NCBI RefSeq assembly: GCF_001194135.2
Contig: NC_068981.1
Location: forward strand, 80,115,959 to 80,179,958
Length of the DNA: 64,000 nt
Origin: Octopus bimaculoides
Lineage: Eukaryota
Direction of reading: 5' to 3'
The notes under the pieces were generated by a model. That model had not been told where the DNA came from and did no database searches. It saw only the letters and a program-made list of their open reading frames with translations. Each line of letters begins with the position of its first letter. The first letter of the stretch is position 1. Both the position numbers and the translations under genes were made by a program. This document shows, piece after piece, positions 26,141 to 38,845 of this stretch.

Positions 26141-26815
26141 AAAGCATGCAAGGAAAAAAAAAATAGGCTGCTGAAATGATAATACAGAAGTATGCATATG
26201 TTAGATTTTGTGATAAATGAACCTAACCTGAATAGGACCTGTCAGTTGTTTTCTCAGATCCTTCAAATATTTTTTAACCTAGTTTTGTATTGATTCAGTC
26301 TTGGAGGAGGACTGAATAATGTAAAATAGGCAAGCTTACTATATAGGTTATATATTTCAGTAAGGTAGTATGCATATGTTGTCACATAGTAAATAGTATC
26401 TAGTCTGTTGCATTTAGGTTAGGTTGTTTCACTCACAAACATAAGATCATGGTTTTGATTCCTGAACAGGGCAGTATGTCGTGTTCTTGAGCGAAACATT
26501 TCATTTCTCATTACTCCAGTTCACTCAGCTATAAATGAATTCCAACAATAGCTTTGGAAGTGGATCTTGCGTTGCAATCTCACTCACATGTAAACTGGGT
26601 TAAGCTCTAGTTCTATAAGTTCTAGGACTCATAACAGATCTATGTCCAGCGCATCACGTTTTAATCATTTTGAAATAATATTGAAAAATATCCTCAAACT
26701 CTTTATAGATCATTCATATTGAAATTGTTATGCCATGGGAAAATTTGATCTTGTGAAGCCCTCCTCAGTACATCATTGATTCTAGCTGATTATTGAGGGT
26801 CATCATCATTATCAT

Positions 26816-27021
26816 TTAACCCTTTTGCATTCAGATTTAATACTTATTTATTCACTTTGTTTTAAATTAATCATGTATTGCCTTGTAGATTTAAGATTTC
26901 AATGATGTGATTGTATATTTTTACAATGACATTGTCAGGTAGATGTAAGAGGCCAGATCTGGCCAGTTTGAACATCAAACAACTAGAAATATTTTGGCTG
27001 GTTTAAATGCCAAAGGGTTAA
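26816..27021 (+). mobile_element. piggyBac-like MITE inserted into the TTAA of an RTE-type 3' tail
   Basis: catcatcattatcat-ttaa[MITE]ttaa-tgtctgttttccatgctgacatgggttgg. Confidence 0.75.
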
Positions 27022-27686
27022 TGTCTGTTTTCCATGCTGACATGGGTTGGATGGTTTGACAGGAGCTGGCAAGCCTGGGTGGGGATATACCAGGCTCCAG
27101 TCAGCTGTTTTAGCATGGTTTCTACCACTGGATGCCCTTCTTAATGCCAATCACTTTACAGAGTGTACTGGGTGTTTTTCATATAGCACCAGCACGGGTG
27201 CTTTTACATAGCACTTGTAGAGGGCATGGCATTGGCACAGTAAAATAAGCAAATTGACTCCAGTAACTGATAATTGAGCTGGTACATTCTAATGACTGGA
27301 TCTGATCAAACTCCTAAAAGTTACAGCTGTTGTAATTCATCTGATCTTAATGAGATTGTGCATTGGCTCTTAAGCTATTGTGAGGAAGCTATTATTAAAA
27401 GTATAAGTCTGCATATGAGAGAAAGACAATCTATATTGTCTTGGAGATGTGTCAAGAATACAGGTTTGCTGAATTAAACAAAATAACTAGATTAGAGAAT
27501 CAAACAAAATGTCCAATTGATATAAGAACTACCATACAGGTAATATATCAGAGGTTCACATGTGGCTGTGTGTTTTAGAAGTTGGTTCCCAGCCATGCAG
27601 TTTTGAGTTCAGTCCCACTACTCAGCACCTTGGGTGAGTGTCTTCTACTATAACCCCAGGTTGACCAATACTTTGTGGATGGATTG

Positions 27687-28092
27687 GTCACATGCTGACC
27701 AAAGGAGTTTGCCTCCTCCAAGACAATGCCCCAGTTCACAATGTACATGTTGCACATATGAAAGTACACTCTTGCAACTATGAAATCCTTCCTTATCTCC
27801 CTTATCTCTAGAACTTGCACCATCTGACTTCCACCTTCTTCCAACCATGAAATCTTTTTGAAGGGAAAGCATTTTTTGGATGATGATGAACTTACTTCCA
27901 AAGTAAAGTCTTGGCTTCAGATGCAGCCTACCAACTTCTAGAGACAAGGGTTTCACAGCTGCATAAAGTGATGGGAGAAGTATGTCACCATTGGTGGTGG
28001 CTATGTAGAAAAGGACTAATAATTATGCCAAGTTTTGTTTATCCCAGTCCTTGAGAAGTGGATCAGAGGAAACCTTTAATGAACACCTCTTG
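27687..28092 (+). mobile_element. Mariner (DD34D) transposase 3' fragment with right TIR
   Basis: LLQDNAPVHN...ILPYLPY/LAPSDFHLLP...KGKHFLDDDE...WEKYVTIGGGYVEKD*; ends ...tgaacacctcttg-TA. Confidence 0.85.
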
Positions 28093-28843
28093 TATATGAA
28101 GTGTATTAAAAAAAATCTGACTTTATTTTTACTTGCCAAAACTAATGTTGCATGGCCAAAATCCTTGGGTGGAAAGTGACACCATCCTTCCTGCACATGC
28201 ATGTGGTTGGGTCTTCAACACCATAAATTAGTAGGTTAATGTACATGCGATATTTCGATTTGTAATCAATGGCTGAAGAATATTTGTATGGGCTTCATCT
28301 ATGCTTAGAAGGAAGGCTTTGACACTGAAGCTAAAAGAAAATATTTGAATAGTTGCTCAGGATTTAACATATTTTAGCATATTTTTCATAATAAACTTTG
28401 TGTGTTCCAGACGGTTTTTATTCCAACAGATTGCTATATATGGTAGTATGAGAACCGGCTATTATTGCAATGCAGTTTGAAGTTTACATTGGTTCATTGC
28501 ACTGAATGTAAAGGAGACAATCAATTTCTGAAAGTTACTTCACAAAGAGTTAATTCCCTTCTCCATAGTGGTCATGTGTACCACAGAAAAGGGTTTTTTC
28601 TGCCCCAAGAGGTCCCATTACTCATTACGTGAAAAATTTTAAGAGTCTAAAACCATCTATGGAACATAAGTAATGTATGTTCTCAGTTTGGAGAAGATTA
28701 GTTACGAGCTTCAGAAGTTATGTGGGTTTACACACACACACACACACACTGAGTTTTATATATATGGATATCTGTTAAAATGAGATGTCAATGTTATTTT
28801 CACTTTTGCGTAATTTAGACAACAGTCTATTCATGACACCCTG

Positions 28844-28930
<87 letters not shown>
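28844..28930. repeat. Long (TA)n microsatellite (~43 units)
   Basis: Direct inspection. Confidence 0.95.
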
Positions 28931-28936
<6 letters not shown>

Positions 28937-29809
28937 TTCTAATATACATACATGGTTGAAAACAAGTGGGACTGTCATAAGTGATGTCATTCTTTTCCAG
29001 TCTTCTGTGATAAACATATCTGGCCATGAAGAAATATTACCTTACTTGGAAACCACTGAAGGTTAGCCACAAGAAGGGTAGCCATCTGTAAAAGATCTGC
29101 CATTATAAATTCAGTCTGACCAATGTAATCATGGATGAGTGGACATAAAAATGAAGATCACATTGATGATGATGATGATTACCCATTTGTAAAGTAAATT
29201 TGCAGAAGAATTTTACTTTGATAAAGCTAAATGATTGAATCAATCATTATTAATGTCATTTATGGCTATTTTCTAGAATGGATTCTCAAAATTAAAATTC
29301 TTTTCATTTGAGTTTTATAGGATATGGGTGGAGCTTTTTCTTTCTCTTTTTTTTTTTAAGTAAAGAGCAACAGTAAAGCAATTTGAATATATGGTTTTTA
29401 ATTTGACATGAACAATGTATTCAGTAATTTTATTTTTTCATAATTTAAATTTACATGATTAATTTAGTTTTGTGATGTAAATTAATTTTCTTTTTCTGTG
29501 TTGTTTTTAATTTAGTGAGTTTTAATACTGAAGTTATAACTGACAGAGTAGAAAGTGAATTCATGCAAACTGAGTTTACATACTGCCTGGTTTTTCATTT
29601 ATGTTACCTAATGGGACTTAGAAAGGCATAAACATCATGATTACCATTATTTGGTCCTATAAAAGTCAAACTTTTCATAGCTACATAGAGAAGGCAGTTG
29701 TGAAGCTGCTTCAGCATTCAATCTCTGAGATGTTATGGATAGTATCACAAGCTTTGTCTAAAAAGAACAGGCTCTTCATACAAATGTTTAATTTATTTCC
29801 ACTTTTTGT

Positions 29810-30035
29810 TTAAGTCCTTAGCATTTAAACTGGCCATATCCAGCCAAAATATTCTACCTGTTTATATTCAAACCAGCCAGATCTGGTCTCTCACATCTAC
29901 CCTACAATGTCAATCTAAAAATAAACAATCACACCATCAAAATCTCACAGCTATAAGATGATGTATGATTAAGACAAAGCAACTGGATAAATGAACATTA
30001 TATTTAACAGAATAATCTGAATGATAAAGGGTTAA
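29810..30035 (-). mobile_element. piggyBac-like MITE, third copy
   Basis: Reverse complement of the 22332 family; TTAA at both ends. Confidence 0.75.
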
Positions 30036-32801
30036 TACATCTTAGCAGGCTAGTTAAACTATTCCTAGTTAGATTAATGTTTCGCTTAGTGAATAATTGA
30101 GGGTTCATGAGAAACTTGAAGAAGTAGAATGGCTAACTAAATCAGATATTTGTCTATCTTTTCATAGGTCAAGTGTTCAAATCTGTTGCTAGGATTTTGT
30201 TGTTGATTATGGGTAGAGCAGATTCTAGATTGACTCATATTACTCAACCAAGGGGAGTAGGTATGAGACTATTAGGTGATGTTATGTAATAGACGATCTT
30301 ATCCTAGCAAGATTTATCTTTCATTGTTGTCAGGTGCTACTGGTAACATGTAATCCAATACAATGTATGGTTATCAGTGACTAGATTGACACTTCCACTG
30401 AGCTACCCTGATGAAGAGAGTTGTTAGAGCTGAAGCAGGACAAAAACAAAGCCAGAATCTGTCATATTGAAGATTAGGTTTGTCAAGAACCAACAAATAT
30501 CATAGCAAGCATAGTAGAGTAATAGTAAGTAAACTCTTAGAGAACTTTATCTTCAGCCTGGTTTTTATTCCAGATTGTAGTAATTTTCTACTTCCAGAAC
30601 TGATGAACACTCTTACTGCCCCTACTTTGTAATTATGTACATGTGATAAGACTCATTAATTGTAGAAAGATTTTGAATTAAATCTTTCCAATCAACAGTC
30701 AGTATAAAATCTTCACCAACCATAATATTGATATGCTAGTGTACCTATTTATGTTATGTTGTGAAGTGGTTAGTTGAAGAGAGGTGTTTAGTGAAAGAGA
30801 CTACAGTTACACTGAGAAGTAAAAGAAAGGGAATGCTGTTATGTAGTTAAATGTTTTGTTAAAAGGAGAGGCAAAGAGAGAAAAAAGTGTTTATTGGAAG
30901 GAATATTGTAATACTGAAAAGTAAGAGTAAGAGACCATTACAGATACATGATCACATACAGTTGTTAAAGTAGTGGCTATGTCATTTAGTTGATGTGGAT
31001 ACCTATTACTTATCAAATCATTGAACTGGCCATGTTGGAGCACCAGATTGACCCTGGTACTTTTAAGTTTTTAAGCCTGGTACTTATTCTATTATTCTTT
31101 TTTTTTTTATTCTTATTTGTTTCAAATCAACCCCAGGACTTATTCTTTGTAAGCCTAGTACTTATTTTATTGGTCTCTTTTGCTGAACTGCTAAGTTACA
31201 GGGACGTAAACACACCAACATCGATTGTCAAGTGATGGTGGGAGAGGCAAATACAAACACACAAACATATACATATATATATATNNNNNNNNNNNNNNNN
31301 NNNNNNNNNNNNNNNNNNNNNNNNNNNNNNNNNNNNNNNNNNNNNNNNNNNNNNNNNNNNNNNNNNNNNNNNNNNNNNNNNNNNNNNNNNNNNNNNNNNN
31401 NNNNNNNNNNNNNNNNNNNNNNNNNNNNNNNNNNNNNNNNNNNNNNNNNNNNNNNNNNNNNNNNNNNNNNNNNNNNNNNNNNNNNNNNNNNNNNNNNNNN
31501 NNNNNNNNNNNNNNNNNNNNNNNNNNNNNNNNNNNNNNNNNNNNNNNNNNNNNNNNNNNNNNNNNNNNNNNNNNNNNNNNNNNNNNNNNNNNNNNNNNNN
31601 NNNNNNNNNNNNNNNNNNNNNNNNNNNNNNNNNNNNNNNNNNNNNNNNNNNNNNNNNNNNNNNNNNNNNNNNNNNNNNNNNNNNNNNNNNNNNNNNNNNN
31701 NNNNNNNNNNNNNNNNNNNNNNNNNNNNNNNNNNNNNNNNNNNNNNNNNNNNNNNNNNNNNNNNNNNNNNNNNNNNNNNNNNNNNNNNNNNNNNNNNNNN
31801 NNNNNNNNNNNNNNNNNNNNNNNNNNNNNNNNNNNNNNNNNNNNNNNNNNNNNNNNNNNNNNNNNNNNNNNNNNNNNNNNNNNNNNNNNNNNNNNNNNNN
31901 NNNNNNNNNNNNNNNNNNNNNNNNNNNNNNNNNNNNNNNNNNNNNNNNNNNNNNNNNNNNNNNNNNNNNNNNNNNNNNNNNNNNNNNNNNNNNNNNNNNN
32001 NNNNNNNNNNNNNNNNNNNNNNNNNNNNNNNNNNNNNNNNNNNNNNNNNNNNNNNNNNNNNNNNNNNNNNNNNNNNNNNNNNNNNNNNNNNNNNNNNNNN
32101 NNNNNNNNNNNNNNNNNNNNNNNNNNNNNNNNNNNNNNNCCTTTTGTATTACATTATTCTGATATATTATCTTATTGTGTAATGATCCTATTATAAATAA
32201 TCAAATTATAAGCTAATTGTATGCTTCAAAGGCCAAGAAGAAAAAATATTACATGTGTATAATCTTCTGGATTAATAACAAATCTAATTCATTTTTGGCT
32301 AAGAGAATCACACCATATGGACCCTGTATATAGATAGAAAATTAGTGAGATAGTAAAGCTAAGTTGATTCCTTAACTGCTATGCTGCAAGTGAAGATCTG
32401 TAAAACTATATATAGATTTCAGCTCCTGTTTGTTTTAGTTTATTATATTAGCTGAGGATGAAGGCATCACATCTAAGGAAAGAATGCTATGACATAGTGT
32501 ATCTGATCCTGTAGATTTCATTAGCATTCTTTTCAGCAATGCACTTGCCATTCTAGCTGCAGGGCAGAGGTGAGACGAATTATTCAATAGAAAATTTAGA
32601 ATTTGCTTATTTTAATAAGTTTTGCAGGTTTACATTTTTATTTAATGATATATGGCTTAATGTATGCAGGTGTGGCTTTGTGGTAAGAAGTTTGCTTCCT
32701 AACCACATAGTGCCAGGTTCAGCCTCACAGCATGGCACCTTGGGCCTTCTACAAAGGCCCCTGGCCAACCAGTCTTGTAGGTGGAGTTGGTCGATGGAAA
32801 C

Positions 32802-32834
<33 letters not shown>

Positions 32835-33412
32835 ACGTGTGCACACGCACGGTACTGTCTCTTTGTTTTCACATTGCATGATAGTTAACTGAGTGTCACT
32901 GTCAAACAAATGCTGTCCTTCATTTCCAGTCTTTTATGAAAACATGTCATGTGTGTATTTATATATATTCAAAAGAAGTTTTAATTAAAACTTTATTGCA
33001 AGTTTTATTAATTTATTATTTACTTATGCTCTTTTCTGAAGTAATCCATGCTTCACTAAAATATTGCTGTGCCTTACCTTGAATATTGGTTTACTGCTTC
33101 AGCATTTATCTCACATGTTTTGGAAATACTTTGTAGTTTTCATTGAACTTTTCAATAATATAAATGATCAAAATTTCATTTCTACGTGTAAAATACTTGT
33201 TGGCAATTAGAAGAGTAAAATACAATACTTTTCAGACAAAGTTTTTCAGGTGCATATTTTTACATATACTTTTTGGACTTGCAGATTGAACAGATATTGA
33301 AATTTACTAAGTTTAATCAAAATGTAATCTATAAAGATAATTTTAAAAATTCAGTGAAGCTTTAATGTTAACTAATCCCCAAAAGTAATTGTTGGGAAGT
33401 ATTTTATTGCTT

Positions 33413-33459
<47 letters not shown>

Positions 33460-33964
33460 TTAACAGTTAGCTGCTTATTGCTAGAAACATTGGATTTGTT
33501 TTATGTCAAAAAAGGCTGTATCAAAAGAAAAACTTAGTGACATCAAATAATGATAAGAAAAATTAATCCTATAATAAATAAAACTTTTTGATAATTAAAA
33601 ATGGACTTGGAAACTTTTCTATATATAGTTGATCTAAATACTTTAGATTTTTCATTCTTCTTTTTCAAAAGTAGCAAGTCTGTTTTGGGACACAGTTTGT
33701 TACAACATTGTCATCGTGTATTAGGGGGAAATGTCTTTCTTTGACTGATGATGACTGGGAAAGAGGTAAATGAGTTATAATGTGCGTGTTTTTCCCAAGG
33801 TCAAAAGCGAAGTGTTATTGGCTTCAAATATCAATTAAAACCAGGTCATATATTCTGCATTTTAAGAGCCTAAAACTTCTTAAGTTGCTCACATCTTCAA
33901 TTGGTTTTCTTTCATCTGACTTTTTCAGTATTGTGTATCGTTCCTGGTGATATGTGTGTGTGTG

Positions 33965-34350
33965 TGTGTATCTTTTATCTGTTTCAGTCATTAGACTGCG
34001 GCCATGCTGGGGCACAGCCTCAAAGAATTTTTAATCGAATGAATCAACCCCAGTACTTATTTTTTGTTTTTTTTTAAGCCTGGTACTACTTATTCTATTG
34101 GTCACTTCTGCCAAACTGCTAAGTAAACATACTAACACATGTTGTCAAGCAGTGGTGGGCGACAAACACAGACACAAAGACATGCACACACATATATACA
34201 ATGGGGTTCTTTCAGTTTCTGTCTACAAAATCCATTCACAATACTTTGGTCAGCCCAAGGCTATAGGAGAAGATGCTTGCCCAAGGTACCATGGTGTGAG
34301 ACTGAACCCAGGACCATGTGGCTGAGAAACAAGCTTCTTACCATACAGTT
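33965..34350 (-). mobile_element. Bipartite SINE (head + CA hinge + B1 tail)
   Basis: Reverse-complement match to 1031-1350. Confidence 0.7.
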
Positions 34351-34663
34351 ATGCCTATATATATATATACATATAAAGCACTCTCCTGTCAAAGATGGTG
34401 TATGAGCATTCAGCTTTTGCTGAATGACCTGCACAAATGAGTTGTTTATAACAACCAAAATGTTTTTGCTGCATACTAGCTCACTTTCACCATCAAATCA
34501 ACATTGTTTGAATAGGTGCACTGTGTGCCATGCATCAAGTGTCAAAGTGATTGTAGAGTGCTCAAGAACACAACGCACCACCTGGTCTAGGAATTGAAAT
34601 CCCAATTGCTAGATTGTGAGTGCAACACCCTAACTACTAGACCATGTGCCCTCATTATATATA

Positions 34664-35000
34664 TCATCGTCATCATCATTTAACATCCGTTGTCCATGCT
34701 GGCATGGGTTGGACGGTTTGATCAGGGAGTACATTCTTCACTGGGGAGGATCTTTGTATTTAAGAGCAACCATGCATCCCACTGTCTGGTGACAATGTAA
34801 TCGATCCAGCTTGCACGGTCACCTGATTGGTAAGTTATCAGGTGGCTGGCTGGCTTCCTGAAGTTGGTGTTGCAGATGAATAGGTTATTTGCATCACAGA
34901 ACTTCAGTAGCCTTGTTCCCTCTTCGTTTTGGGAACCAAATCTGTGGCCTCCATGTACACCATGAAAGATACTGCTGTCTGACATGCCCATATATATGCA
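34664..35000 (-). mobile_element. RTE APE-endonuclease fragment joined directly to an RTE 3' tail
   Basis: GVHGGHRFGSQNEEGTRLLKFCDANNLFICNTNFRKPASHLITYQSG..SWIDYIV..EECTP followed immediately by ccaacccatgccagcatgg...ttaaatgatgatga. Confidence 0.8.
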
Positions 35001-36374
35001 CACACAGGAATTGCATAATTTCTGTTCCATTGTCATTCAGTTAATTTGTGTTATGCTCTCTACTTGCCTAATACTTTATTCAGGAGTATATATGTATAAT
35101 TAGTTCTAACAACAAGTTATTAGCCTCATTATGCCGAAGCAAAATCATAAAATATTTACACATAGCTTAGGCTTGAGATTGTATATGTAAAAGTATAGAA
35201 GAGGGATCACCAATTTATAGGACAAGGATATTTTGTTCATAAGATAATTTGTGTTATTTCAAAAATAATGTTTAATTCTTTTTGTTGCCTACATTTTTCC
35301 TAGCTTCCAAGCATAAGTGTCTGAAGTGCATAAAAGAATGATGGGATGCTTGTTTACATTGTTACAACTGGAACAAATAATGACTGGATAAACTCTGAAC
35401 ACTTGCTGAAGAAGTAAATTGTAATGTTTCTCTTGATATGTCCAGTAGCATTAGTTATAAATATACTTAGCAAACTCTTGAATGTTAAAGAAATATATTT
35501 CTATTCAGAAATAATTTTAAAATATATTCATGAGATACAATGTAGACCACTTACTGTATAGTGTTTCTAAAAAAGTTTTCTTCTAAGCATAAAAAAATAA
35601 ACAAACCAAAAACAGAATAAAACCACAACTTTGTGAAGATATATCATTTCTATTTTATATATATTATAGTAACTAACAAAACTTAGCTATGATAATTTAC
35701 CCTCTTGTTGCAATCTTTTTATTCAGTGATAAATTACCAGAATCTTGGCAGGATTATCTCCACTTCAAAAAAAAAAAAAAAGAGATGAAAACAAGACAAA
35801 ACCAAAGAACACACTCAAACTCATTTTATCTTTAATTCAAGAAGGCTGAGTCAACACTTTTGTAATGGCTTCTTGTCAACAAACGCATTATCTTTTTGGG
35901 GTTGAATAGTTAAAATACCTAAGTGTAGAATTCGTTTTAATAGTGGCCTGGCTGATACTTAGCAATAAGAAGCAGAAACAGAAAATATGAACTTCTACTG
36001 TCTGTTTTAATTAGTGTTTTTGATTCAGAAACATTGAGCATGGCTTCATCTATAACTTATATATTCATTTATTGTTGGTATTTCTGATGTATAATCTGTT
36101 GTAAATTTAAATTCAATATTTCCCCTTTTACATCAGAAATGGTTATACTTAAGTTACTTGAATCATAACAGTTGCAGTCGTTTAGTTCCAGGTGAACTCA
36201 GAATGAGCAAGCCTATGATGAAAAGCATATGTACCTGCTGTGAACATTCTATTTCTGGCAATGTATCTAGGACTGCATTCTCCAGTGTTACTCTATCCTT
36301 TTTTCAAAGCAATAAAATATGAGTTATGAGAGATTTGGCTGCTATTTCTAACTGATTGAAGTGACAGTGTAGAT

Positions 36375-36517
36375 CAGGCACGGGCGACTGTTTCTGAGAA
36401 GCTGGTTGCACGAAACATGACTCATCATCAGGAGAGCCACATACTAAAAAAAGTTGGTGTGTTTTATTTAGGCAGGCTATTCAGAATGTCTTATGGGCCA
36501 CAGGCTGCACATGACTG
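36375..36517. mobile_element. hAT-type MITE (143 bp)
   Basis: 8-bp TSD gtgtagat (36367-36374 and 36518-36525); CAG...CTG termini with degenerate TIRs. Confidence 0.75.
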
Positions 36518-37353
36518 GTGTAGATATTAGTATTGGTCTACAAATAACCAGTGTAAAAGTTGGACGTCTTGTAACTTTTAAGCCACCAGTAGAGCTGGTG
36601 CCATGATATTCATTGCCCTAGGCCTGTTTTACAATGTGCACACTCCTCTCCCAGCCATATAATGTGTGCCCCTCCTTCTAGTTTTTCAATGTACACCCAG
36701 ACACTGAATGATAGCTGTGTTCTTATTATAAAATGCCACATCACAGGCTAATTTCAAACCAAACAAACATCACTATCATATAAGTGGTGTTATTTGTTTG
36801 CAATCTTCTGTTGACTAGGGGAAAATATTAGATTGCTTGGAAACAGGTGAAGCTGGTGTCAAGAAGAGTAATGAATTTTGTTTGAATCATGAGGATAGTA
36901 AAGTCAACAGTAAAACAATATATGTTAAGGACATCTCTAAATAGATGCTGATGAAGGAGTAAAAACTCTCGAAATATGGCATATATGCCCATTACCCATT
37001 TTTTCATCTTTGATCTCAATTTTTGTTTACATCTGGCATCTCAGATATGAAACGTAACAAAATTCAGTACTGGCTATAATTTCTACGGAAATTCTGCATG
37101 ACCTAAGAGCACTGCTAACACAGTAGTACACAATATTGACTTATAAAAATGTTTAATATACTTTGTAGTATTGTGTCTCTACAAGTCATTAAAACAATAA
37201 TGGTGACTATATAAAATACAGTGTATAATACAAAATATGGTGGTGTCTCCCTGTTCCTGTGAAGAACAACCTGCACTAATGATTGTTTATAGTAATCAAA
37301 TGTTTGTACTGTATATTAGCTCCCTCCCTCCACCAGGTCAACATTGCCTCTAT

Positions 37354-37686
37354 TGTTGGCACTCCGTCGCTTACGACATCGAGGGTTTCAGATGATCCGA
37401 TCAACAGAGCAGCCTGCTCCTGAAATTAACGTGCAAGTGGCTGAGTACTCCACAGACGTGTACCCTTAACGTAGTTCTCGGGAATATTCAACAGAAACAG
37501 GAAGTAAGGGTGAGAGAAAGTTGTGGTGGAAGAGTACAGCAGGGTTCGCCACCATCTCCTGCCGGAGCCTCGTGGAGCTTTAGGTGTTTTCGCTCAATAA
37601 ACACTCACAATGCCCGGTCTGGGAATCGAAACCGCGATCCTATGACTGCGAGTCTGCTGCCCTAACCACTGGGCCATTGCGCCTCC
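37354..37686 (-). mobile_element. Young tRNA-derived SINE (12914 family), small internal deletion
   Basis: 13-bp TSD acattgcctctat (37341-37353 and 37687-37699); nested in an older SINE. Confidence 0.9.
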
Positions 37687-38449
37687 ACATTGCCTCTATA
37701 GGTGCACAGTATGCCACACATTAGATGTAGAAGTGATTGCAGAGCAATGTGAAATGAAGTGTTTTACTCAAGAACACAACACACTGCCTAATCTAGAAAT
37801 TAAACCATGATATTGCAATTGTAAGTACAGCACCCTAACCTCTAAGCCACACACACACACACATGCACATTTTCCAAGTTGTTTTTGACTAGTTACTTAA
37901 TCTGAAACCATGTGTTGAAACTTTAAGCAACTAACTATATTGCAACTATGCAGATAGCTATTAAATTTACTTTAAATTTAAATTCAGTTCATAAGGTGTT
38001 GAAATTATTGACTCACAATTGTGACTTGTTTACTGATGCAGTTCACTGGAATTATCAGTCACGGCATCACAGTTGTGTGGTGTAAATGTTGACACCTCAT
38101 GAAATAGAGAATTTAACAGTGTTATGTGTTATTTAATGGTTCTTCCATAATATAGTGGCTAATATAATTTCCATTGATTGTGTTTCTATCCACTGCTGCT
38201 GAATGGAGCCTCAACATACCATTTCAGGCTTATTTATACTAGTTGTAGGCCAGTTTTATGAAGGGTAGTCAGGTGACCACCTAGCATATAACTGTTGACC
38301 TAACAACTGTGTGGGATTTGAACTCAAAATGCAAAAGCCGGGATAGATACTAAGGAACATCTCATCTGATGCTGTAAGAATTCTAACTCATTGGCCTTTG
38401 ATGTGTATGTCTATCTGTGTGTGTGTGTGCATGAAATTTTTTTTTATTC

Positions 38450-38825
38450 TTTTACCTATTTCAGTCATTTGACTGCCACCATGCTGGAGCACCACCTTGA
38501 AGGGTTTTAGTTGAACAAATTAACTCTAGGACTTATTTTTAAGCCTAGTACTTATTCTATTGGTCTCTTTTGCTTAAACTACCAAGTTACAATGGTATAA
38601 GTACACCAAAACCAGTTATCAAGTGGTGATACGGGGACAAACACAGACACAAGGACGCACACATATATATGATTGGCTTCTTTCAGATTCCATCTGCCAA
38701 ATCTACTCACAAGGTTTCGGTCGACCTAAGGCTATAGATGAAGGCACTTGCACAAGGTGCCACACAGTGGGACTGAACCTGGAACCGTGTGGTTGACAAG
38801 CAAGCTTCTTACCACACAACCACAC
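38450..38825 (-). mobile_element. Bipartite SINE (head + hinge + B1 tail)
   Basis: Reverse-complement match to 1031-1350. Confidence 0.7.
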
Positions 38826-38845
38826 GTATATACACACACATACAT

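Noticed and set aside
30395-30440. Hammerhead ribozyme candidate (ctgatgaag...gaagc); similar at 47385-47430
   Set aside because: Helix II does not pair and the GAAA core is absent or misplaced
31225-32196. Long 316-323 aa ORFs, and other X-rich ORFs at 7.5, 39.9, 50.8, 56.7 and 62 kb
   Set aside because: Open only because they run through N gaps
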